Origin: Candidatus Limnocylindria bacterium
GTDB taxonomy: Bacteria; Chloroflexota; Limnocylindria; QHBO01
Length of the DNA: 64,000 nt
Direction: 5' to 3'
Assembly: GCA_036556695.1 (NCBI GenBank)
Contig: DATBIY010000047.1
Location: 12,809-76,808, forward strand
In this document: in pieces, positions 57,023 through 64,000 of the stretch
Layout: each line of letters begins with the position of its first letter
How positions within the stretch are numbered: position 1 is the first letter of the stretch
Notes under the pieces: generated by a model
What the model was told of the DNA's origin: nothing
Database searches by the model: none
Seen by the model: the letters and a program-made list of their open reading frames with translations, nothing else
Program-made: the position numbers and the translations under genes

Positions 57023-59962
57023 ATGTCCACGTGGTTCGACAAGCTCCTCGAGGAGCTGCAGCGCAGGCAGGCGGAGCAGGACGCCCGGCGCGAGGGCAGG
57101 CCGATTCCGCGCGCTCGCCGCACGAACGGCGGGGCGAACGGCGGAGACGGACAACCGCCGGGCGAACCGCGCACCGTGCTGTTCCCGCGGCGCAGCGGCG
57201 ATGGCGGAACGCCGGTTCGCCGCTGGGTCCTCATCGGCCTGCTGGTGGTGGCTGCCCTGTTCCTGCTTGGCATCGTCGGACGGGTCGTCGACCTGCTGAC
57301 CGACCTGCAGTGGTACGGCGCGCTGGGCCGTACCGAGGTGATGACCACCCGGCTGTGGGCACAGGTGGCGCTGTTCGGCATCGGATTCCTGGCCTTTGCC
57401 ATCCCGGCCATGGCCAGCATCTGGCTGGCGCGCCGCATCGCGCCGCAGGTGCCCATCCGCCGCATCGGCCAGTTCGAGATCCCGGATGCCTCGCGGGCCA
57501 TCACCATCGGTCTGGTGGCAATCGGCGCCTTCCTGGCGCTGATATCGGCGGGTGCCTGGAGCGCGAGCTGGCAGACGGTGCTGCTGTGGGCCAATGGCTC
57601 CGACTTCGGCAGGGTCGACCCGAACTTCGGCCGCGACATCGGCTTCTACGTCTTCGACCTGCCGTTCCTGCGCTTCGTGCAGGGCTGGGGCATCGCCGCG
57701 CTCATCGGCATCCTGCTGCTCAGCCTGGGCGCCTATGCGGCCGGAGCGCTGCGCTGGCAGTTCCGCCTGACCGCCCCGGTGCGGGCGCACATCTCGATCC
57801 TGGGCGCCCTGCTGCTGCTCCTCATCGCCGCCGGCTACCAGCTCGACATCCCGGAGCTGTCGTACTCGACCTCCGGCTACGAGTCGATCCAGGCCGCAAC
57901 CTACACCGACATGAATGCCCAGGTCCCGGCCTACGTGATCCTGACCTTCGTGGCCGTGGCGGCCGCCGTGCTGCTTCTGCTGAACATCTGGTTCCGCACC
58001 CTATGGGCGCTGGTCCTGGCCGGCGGCGCCTGGTTCGCCCTCTCGATCCTGGTGGGTGGCCTGTATCCGGCCTACGTCCAGAACTTCCAGGTCAACCCCA
58101 ACGAGCTGAACGTCGAGCGGCCGTACATCGCCAGGCACATCGGCTCAACGCGCGAGGCGTTCGGGCTCGACTCGATCGAGCTGCGCGAGTTCAGCGGCGA
58201 GCAGTCCCTTAACGAGGCGGTGTTCGACGAGGACGCCGCGACCATCGAAAACCTGCGGCTGTGGGACTACCGGCCGCTGCTGACGACTGTGCGCCAGGAC
58301 CAGATCCTGCGGCGCTACTACGAGTTCCTGGACGTCGACATCGATCGCTACGAGATCAACGGCGAGCAGCGCCAGATCATGCTCAGCGCCCGGGAGCTGG
58401 ACGTCGAGCAGCTGGCCGACGCGGCGCGCACCTGGACCAACGAGACCCTGGTCTACACCCATGGCTACGGCATCACCGCCGTGCCGGTCGACGGCGTCAG
58501 CGCGCAGGGCCAGCCCGATTACCTGGTCAGCGGCATCAACCGCGAACCGCAGCTGCCGGTTGGCCAGCCGCGCATCTATTTCGGCGAGGCGACCGATACC
58601 TACGTCGTCACCAACACCAACACCGCCGAGTTCGACTACCCGCTGGAGGAGTCATCGGAGGCGGGAGCCACCACCGTGTGGCAGGGCACCACGGGTGTCA
58701 GCATCGGCAACCCGTTCAGCCGGCTGCTCTACGCGCTGCGCTTCGGCGACCTCAACCTGCTGATCAGCAACCAGCTGACCGGCGACTCGCAGATCCTGTT
58801 CCGGCGCTCGCTGGCCGAGCGGGTGCCGCAGCTGGCGCCGTTCCTCCACTACGACCACGACCCCTACATCGTCAGCGCAGGCGAGCGGCTCTACTGGGTC
58901 TGGGACGCGTACACCGCGACCGATCGCTACCCGAACGCGCAGCCGCTGGACGACGGGGCCTTTGCCGGCGCCAACTACGTGCGCAACAGCGTCAAGGTGG
59001 TGGTGGACGCCTACGACGGCACGGTTCGCTTCTTCGTGGCCGATCCGGCCGAGCCCATCCTGGCCGCCTGGGCGCGCATCTTCCCGTCGCTGTTCGAGCC
59101 GATGTCGGCCATGCCGCAAGAGCTGGAGGCGCACCTGCGCTTCCCGGAGGACCTTTTCATCGCGCAGAACATGGCGTACCGGCTGTACCACCTGCCGGCC
59201 ACCGAGAACGGAGCGACGAACTTCTACAACCAGGAGGACCGCTGGGCGATCCCCGACGACGTGGTGACCGGCTCGGGCCAGCCCATGGAGCCGTACTACG
59301 TGATCATGCGCATCCCCGGCGAGGACGAGGCGGAGTTCGTGCTCATCCAGCCGCTGGTGCCCGAGCAGCGGCCGAACATGATCGCCTGGACCGCGGCGCG
59401 CATGGACCCGGGGGTGTACGGGCAGCGTATCGCCTTCCACTTCCCGAATGACACCTCGACCGACGGCCCGGCGCTGGTGGAGGCGCGGATCGACCAGAAC
59501 GACGCGATCGCCGCCCAGTTCGGCGTCTGGCAGCGGTCCGGCTCGTCCATCATCCGCGGCAACCTGCTGGTGCTGCCGCTCGGCGAGGACGGCCTGGTCT
59601 ACGTGGAGCCGATCTTCCTGCAGGCAAGCGGCGCGCCGTTCCCCGAGTTCGTGCGGGTCATCATGGTCGGCAACAACCGGGTCGCCTTCGCCGAGAACGT
59701 GGAGGACGCCATCGAGCAGATCCTGGGCGGCCAGGCGCCGCCGACGCCCGGCGGCCCGGGCGGACTGCCGGAGGACGTTGCCGGCCTGGTGACGGAGGCG
59801 CAGCGCCTGTTCGACGAGGCGCAGGCCGCGCTGGCCGCGGGCGACCTGGGCACCTACCAGGAGCGGCTGAACGAGCTGGAGCCCATTTTGGAGCGGCTGG
59901 GCGAGCTGACCGGCGCCTCGCCACAGCCATCGCCCAGCGCCGCCCCCAGCGCATCGCCGTAG
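57023..59962 (+). CDS. UPF0182-family large membrane protein (~980 aa)
   Basis: About seven N-terminal TM helices, a large extracytoplasmic domain and a Pro/Ser-rich tail. Architecture is typical of UPF0182 (COG1615). Confidence 0.85.
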   Translation: MSTWFDKLLEELQRRQAEQDARREGRPIPRARRTNGGANGGDGQPPGEPRTVLFPRRSGDGGTPVRRWVLIGLLVVAALFLLGIVGRVVDLLTDLQWYGALGRTEVMTTRLWAQVALFGIGFLAFAIPAMASIWLARRIAPQVPIRRIGQFEIPDASRAITIGLVAIGAFLALISAGAWSASWQTVLLWANGSDFGRVDPNFGRDIGFYVFDLPFLRFVQGWGIAALIGILLLSLGAYAAGALRWQFRLTAPVRAHISILGALLLLLIAAGYQLDIPELSYSTSGYESIQAATYTDMNAQVPAYVILTFVAVAAAVLLLLNIWFRTLWALVLAGGAWFALSILVGGLYPAYVQNFQVNPNELNVERPYIARHIGSTREAFGLDSIELREFSGEQSLNEAVFDEDAATIENLRLWDYRPLLTTVRQDQILRRYYEFLDVDIDRYEINGEQRQIMLSARELDVEQLADAARTWTNETLVYTHGYGITAVPVDGVSAQGQPDYLVSGINREPQLPVGQPRIYFGEATDTYVVTNTNTAEFDYPLEESSEAGATTVWQGTTGVSIGNPFSRLLYALRFGDLNLLISNQLTGDSQILFRRSLAERVPQLAPFLHYDHDPYIVSAGERLYWVWDAYTATDRYPNAQPLDDGAFAGANYVRNSVKVVVDAYDGTVRFFVADPAEPILAAWARIFPSLFEPMSAMPQELEAHLRFPEDLFIAQNMAYRLYHLPATENGATNFYNQEDRWAIPDDVVTGSGQPMEPYYVIMRIPGEDEAEFVLIQPLVPEQRPNMIAWTAARMDPGVYGQRIAFHFPNDTSTDGPALVEARIDQNDAIAAQFGVWQRSGSSIIRGNLLVLPLGEDGLVYVEPIFLQASGAPFPEFVRVIMVGNNRVAFAENVEDAIEQILGGQAPPTPGGPGGLPEDVAGLVTEAQRLFDEAQAALAAGDLGTYQERLNELEPILERLGELTGASPQPSPSAAPSASP

Positions 59963-59965
59963 CGG

Positions 59966-61243
59966 GTGGACATCCTGGTCCTGGGGTCGGGCGCGCGGGA
60001 GCACGCGCTGGCCTGGCGGCTGTCGCGCGACGAGGGCGTGCGGCGCGTGCGCATCGCGCCCGGCAACGCTGGCACGCCGGCGGTGGCCGACACGGTCGCC
60101 GGCCTGGACCCGCTGGACCCGGCAGCGGTCGCCCGCTACGCGGCCCGCGAGCGCTGCGACATGGTGGTGATCGGCCCAGATGCATCGGTGGCCGCCGGCG
60201 TGGCCGATGCGTTGGAGACTGCCTCGGTGCCGGTTTTCGGCCCGTCACGGGCGGCCGCCCGGCTGGAGTGGTCCAAGGCGTTCGCCAAGGAACAGCTGCA
60301 GCGTGCCGGCGTGCCAACCGCACCCTCGGCCACCTTCCACGACGCGGATGACGCGCTGGCCCACGCCCGGACACTCGACCGGCCGCCGGTGGTCAAGGCC
60401 GATTGGCTGGCGGCCGGCAAGGGAGTGGTGGTGGCGGAAGATCTCGAGGAGGCGGAGCGCGCCATCCGCGTGCTGCTGGACGGCGCGATGCCCGGCGCGC
60501 TGCTGGTGCTGGAGGAGCGGCTGGTTGGCCGCGAGGTATCGGCCTTCGCTCTGGTCTCAGGTGAAGCTGTCGTGCCGCTGGGCGCGGCATGCGACTACAA
60601 GCGGCTGGGCGACGGTGACATCGGTCCCAACACCGGTGGCATGGGCGCCTATACGCCGGTGCCCTGGTTCGGAGCGCGCGAGCTGGAGGAGGCGGTGGCC
60701 ACCGTGTTCGAGCCGATCGCCTGGCGCATGGCTCGCGACCGCAGTCCGTATCGCGGCGTGCTCTATGCCGGCCTGATGCTGACCGACCGCGGGCCGATGG
60801 TGCTCGAGTTCAACGCCCGCTTCGGCGATCCGGAAGCGCAGGTCCTGCTGCCGATGCTCGACGGTGAGCTGGCGACCGCCATGCTGGGCGTGGCCAGCGG
60901 CGATCGCGGACAGATGGAAGGCGCACTGGTCGGTCGCCCCGGCGCCGCCGTGGGCGTGGTGCTGGCCTCCGAGGGATATCCGGATTCGCCGGTCACCGGC
61001 CGCCTGCTGCAGGGAACCGATCCGGCGGGGCGGGAGGACGGCGGGCCGGTGCTCTGCTTCCATGCCGGCACGCGCGCCGCGCCGGGCGGCGTCGAGTCGG
61101 CCGGCGGCCGGGTGGCGACCTTCGTCGGCCTGGGCGACGAGTTGGCGGTCGCGCGGGAAGCGGCCTACGCGGCCATCGCGGCGGCCGACCTGGACGGTGG
61201 CCAGTACCGCACCGACATCGCACAGCGCGAGGTCGGCGCATGA
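59966..61243 (+). CDS. purD: Phosphoribosylamine--glycine ligase
   Basis: N-terminus ILVLGSGAREHALAW and ATP-grasp motifs. 425 aa. Confidence 0.95.
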   Translation: MDILVLGSGAREHALAWRLSRDEGVRRVRIAPGNAGTPAVADTVAGLDPLDPAAVARYAARERCDMVVIGPDASVAAGVADALETASVPVFGPSRAAARLEWSKAFAKEQLQRAGVPTAPSATFHDADDALAHARTLDRPPVVKADWLAAGKGVVVAEDLEEAERAIRVLLDGAMPGALLVLEERLVGREVSAFALVSGEAVVPLGAACDYKRLGDGDIGPNTGGMGAYTPVPWFGARELEEAVATVFEPIAWRMARDRSPYRGVLYAGLMLTDRGPMVLEFNARFGDPEAQVLLPMLDGELATAMLGVASGDRGQMEGALVGRPGAAVGVVLASEGYPDSPVTGRLLQGTDPAGREDGGPVLCFHAGTRAAPGGVESAGGRVATFVGLGDELAVAREAAYAAIAAADLDGGQYRTDIAQREVGA

Positions 61244-62181
61244 GGCCTTTCCGCTTCCTGGCGGGCGCCAGCGAGCCGATGAGCGCGCGCGAGTTCGCCG
61301 AACGTGTGCGGCGCGCCGAGGCACTCGGCTTCGACACGCTGGTCTTCCCCGACCACGTCGTTCCGCAGCTGGCCCCGGCGCCCGCCATGGCCATGGTCGC
61401 CGCGCTGTCCGACACGCTGCGGGTCGCCCCGTTCGTGATCAACAACGATCTCCGCCACCCGGCGGTGCTGGGCCACGACCTGGCCACCGTCGACCTGCTG
61501 TCCGACGGGCGGCTGGACGTGGCCATCGGCGCCGGATGGAACCTGCGCGAGTACCGCGCCATGGGCATGGCCTACGACCCACCGGCGGTCCGCATCAGCC
61601 GCCTGGCCGAGGCCGTGACCGTGCTGAAGGGCTACTTCGGCGACGAGCCGTTCAGCTTCGCCGGCGAGCACTACACCATCAGCATGCTGGACGGGCAGCC
61701 GAAGCCGATCCAGCGGCCGCACCCGCCGTTCATGATCGGCGGCGGCGGGCGCCGGGTGCTGCAGCTGGCCGCGCGGGAGGCGCAGATCGTCAGCCTGGCG
61801 CCGCGCGCCGGCCGCGACGGTCGCGGCGAGAACGCCAGCATCAGCTGGGAGGCGACCGTCGAGAAGGTGGGCTGGGTGCGCGAGGCGGCCGGCGCGCGCT
61901 TTGCCGAGCTGGAGCTGAACGTCTACCCGTCGCGCGTCTCGCCGCGCATCACCGACGACGCGCGCAGCGCTCTGCGCGAGGCGGCGGACGAGATCGGCCA
62001 GCGCTTCGGCGTGCGCCCGGACGAGGAGATGCTGCGGGGCTCGCCTCACATCTGGATCGGGTCGCTGGACGAGCTGACCGACAAGGCGCTGCGCCTTCGC
62101 GCGGAGCTGGGGATCACCTCGCTGATGCTGGGCGAGGTGGACGAGCTGGCGCCGCTGGTCAGGCGCCTCGCGTCAAGCTAG
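61240..62181 (+). CDS. LLM-class F420-dependent oxidoreductase (second copy)
   Basis: LGFDTLVFPDH and GRLDVAIGAGW motifs. The start overlaps the purD stop. Confidence 0.8.
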   Translation: MRPFRFLAGASEPMSAREFAERVRRAEALGFDTLVFPDHVVPQLAPAPAMAMVAALSDTLRVAPFVINNDLRHPAVLGHDLATVDLLSDGRLDVAIGAGWNLREYRAMGMAYDPPAVRISRLAEAVTVLKGYFGDEPFSFAGEHYTISMLDGQPKPIQRPHPPFMIGGGGRRVLQLAAREAQIVSLAPRAGRDGRGENASISWEATVEKVGWVREAAGARFAELELNVYPSRVSPRITDDARSALREAADEIGQRFGVRPDEEMLRGSPHIWIGSLDELTDKALRLRAELGITSLMLGEVDELAPLVRRLASS

Positions 62182-62380
62182 GCCAGCGGATAGGCTTCGG
62201 AGCCGCCAGGCAACATACTTTTGGGCCAGGTATTGACAGGACTTCTGGCTGCGACGATTCTTCGCACCCCGAACGCCAGGGTGGCGCCGGGAGAGGGGAA
62301 CTTCCCGAGCAGGCGAGGAACGTCATGGGCGCTCGACGACGGAGGTCGTGTGCCGCGTGCATCGGCGTGGGTGGTCGACG

Positions 62381-64000
62381 GTGACAGCCTTCAGCGCCAT
62401 CACCGGCTGGTCATCGCGCTTTGCGCTGCTGATCCTGGGGCTTGTCGCCGCGGTCATCATCGTCGGCGCAACGCAGCTGAACAGCGTGTCGGTTGATGCG
62501 GTCCCCGAGTTCAACCCGCCGTTCGTCGAGGTCCAGACCGAGGCGCTCGGGCTGTCCGCCGAAGAGGTGGAGCAGCTGATCACGGTGCCGCTGGAGGCGG
62601 ACCTGCTCAACGGGGTCGCGTGGCTCGACTCGATCCACTCCCGCTCCATCAGCGGCCTCTCGTCGATCACGCTGACCTTCGAGCCCGGGACGGACGTGAT
62701 GCGAGCGCGCCAGATGGTGTCGGAGCGCCTGACCCAGGCCCACGCCCTGCCGAACGTCTCCCGACCGCCGGTCATGCTCGAGCCGATGTCGTCGGCCAGC
62801 CGAGTGATGATGATTGGCATCGCGTCCGACGACCTGTCGCTGATCGAGCAGTCGGTGCTGGCGAGATGGACGCTTAGGCCGCGGCTGCTGGGCGTACCCG
62901 GCGTGGCCAACGTGGCGATCTGGGGGCAGCGCGAGCGGCAGCTCCAGGTGCTGGTGGATCCGGCTCGCCTGTCCGCGCACGAGACGACGCTCGAAGACAT
63001 CATCAAGACCACGGGCAACTCGCTGTGGGTCTCGCCGCTGACGTTCCTGGAGGCCTCCACGCCTGGCACCGGAGGGTTCATCGAGACGCCCAACCAGCGG
63101 CTCGGTGTGCAGCACGTGCTGCCGATCACCTCGGCGACGGACCTCGGTCGCGTGGTCGTGGAACGCGACGACGCGGCCGCCGGCGACGCCACGCTCCGAC
63201 TGCGGGACGTGGCCGACGTGGTCGAGGACCACCAGCCCCTGATCGGGGACGCCATCATCGACGGCCAGCCCGGGCTCTTGCTGGTGGTCGAGAAATTCCC
63301 AAATGCCAATACACTGGAAGTGACTGCCGCCCTGGACGCGGCGCTCGATGCGCTGGCGCCGGGCTTGCCGGGCATTGAGCTTGACCGCACGGTCTACCGC
63401 CCGGCGGAGTACGTGACGGACGCGATGGTGAACGTGGCGCTGGCAGCCGCCATCGGCTTCCTGCTGGCCTTCGCCGTGCTCGCCATCCTGCTGTACAGCC
63501 TTCGCGCCGCGGTGGTTGCCGGCCTGGGTCTGGCAGCGGCCATGGTCGTCGGGGCCCTGGTCCTGCACCTCCTGGGTGTGACCTTCAACGTCGTGGTGCT
63601 GACCGGGTTGGCGCTCGCGCTGGCTGTCGTCGTGGACGACATGGTGACGGCGGTCCACGAGACGCTGTATGGGCCCGCCGACACCGCCGTGTTCGACGCA
63701 CGGCGCCTTGGTGCCTACGCGTTGGTCATCGCCCTGATCGCCATCGTCCCGGCCTTCTTCATCCCAGGCGAGGCGCACGCGTTCGCCCCGGCCCTCGCCG
63801 GCGCCTACGCGGTGGCGGCCGTGGCGTCGACCGCGGTCGTCCTCACCGTGGTACCGGCGCTCTCCCGGCTGCTGCTGTCCGCCGACGGTGAGCGTCGCCG
63901 CTCGCCGGCACGTGCCTGGCTGGTGACGCGCTACCGCACGATCCTGCAGCGCCTGGTTGACCGCCGTCGCTCCGCTCTGGGGTTCGCGACAGCGGTCACC
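62381..64000 (+). CDS. RND-family efflux transporter permease (CzcA/CusA-like); 3' end outside the window
   Basis: N-terminal TM1 followed by a periplasmic loop (PEFNPPFVEVQTEALGLSAEEVEQLITVPLE) and TM helices 2-6. Open to the window edge. GTG start is approximate to within 1 nt. Confidence 0.8.
   Translation, partial: MTAFSAITGWSSRFALLILGLVAAVIIVGATQLNSVSVDAVPEFNPPFVEVQTEALGLSAEEVEQLITVPLEADLLNGVAWLDSIHSRSISGLSSITLTFEPGTDVMRARQMVSERLTQAHALPNVSRPPVMLEPMSSASRVMMIGIASDDLSLIEQSVLARWTLRPRLLGVPGVANVAIWGQRERQLQVLVDPARLSAHETTLEDIIKTTGNSLWVSPLTFLEASTPGTGGFIETPNQRLGVQHVLPITSATDLGRVVVERDDAAAGDATLRLRDVADVVEDHQPLIGDAIIDGQPGLLLVVEKFPNANTLEVTAALDAALDALAPGLPGIELDRTVYRPAEYVTDAMVNVALAAAIGFLLAFAVLAILLYSLRAAVVAGLGLAAAMVVGALVLHLLGVTFNVVVLTGLALALAVVVDDMVTAVHETLYGPADTAVFDARRLGAYALVIALIAIVPAFFIPGEAHAFAPALAGAYAVAAVASTAVVLTVVPALSRLLLSADGERRRSPARAWLVTRYRTILQRLVDRRRSALGFATAVT

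Noticed and set aside
1-64000. Whole-window search for CRISPR arrays, IS elements, integrases, phage genes, tRNAs and rRNAs
   Set aside because: No direct-repeat or spacer periodicity, no transposase or integrase domains, no T-loop GTTCGAATC-like motifs in intergenic gaps, and no rRNA-like low-GC blocks were seen. The region looks like stable core chromosome.

Overview
This is a 64-kb, roughly 70 % GC, densely coded bacterial window. Lipoboxes, F420-type LLM oxidoreductases, UPF0182, a GuaB3-like gene and Cheo-type LexA boxes point to a Gram-positive-type lineage, probably Actinomycetota or Chloroflexota. Most of it is core metabolism and housekeeping. I see no transposase, integrase, CRISPR array, tRNA or rRNA. 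Start calls marked GTG or TTG follow the ORF track, which writes alternative start codons as M.

The main gene content is:
- an aldehyde-dehydrogenase, DUF309 and fumarase cluster;
- a large frameshifted adenylate-cyclase, AAA and TPR regulator;
- gabT, pyrD and pruA;
- a NarL-type two-component system with a lipoprotein and a methyltransferase;
- tdh and kbl;
- a SpaA-like secreted protein;
- an argS, ftcD and SIS-protein operon;
- a hut operon in which hutH and hutU are separated by a GNAT-like gene, a ZIP metal transporter and a membrane protein;
- a PAP2 and DedA pair;
- a NitT/TauT ABC transporter;
- rplI, dnaB, purA, the guaB3-like gene, guaA and purD;
- UPF0182 and a partial RND pump.

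The most interesting part is an SOS module at 39.4-45.1 kb. One LexA box lies upstream of a lexA, alkZ-like and dinB operon and is shared with a divergent DUF1232 gene. Directly downstream of dinB, two tandem LexA boxes flank a TATAGT -10 element in front of an uncharacterised 86-aa protein. That gene is followed co-directionally by a formimino-THF cyclodeaminase and folD.

Other leads:
- a structured, cobalamin-riboswitch-like leader lies upstream of the ABC operon;
- at the expected starts of the AC-AAA-TPR regulator and a lipoprotein (weakly also guaA), a Shine-Dalgarno sequence is followed in frame by ATC rather than a canonical start codon;
- hutH has ACG where ATG is expected;
- there are several hairpin terminators and a perfect 11-bp palindrome in a divergent promoter.
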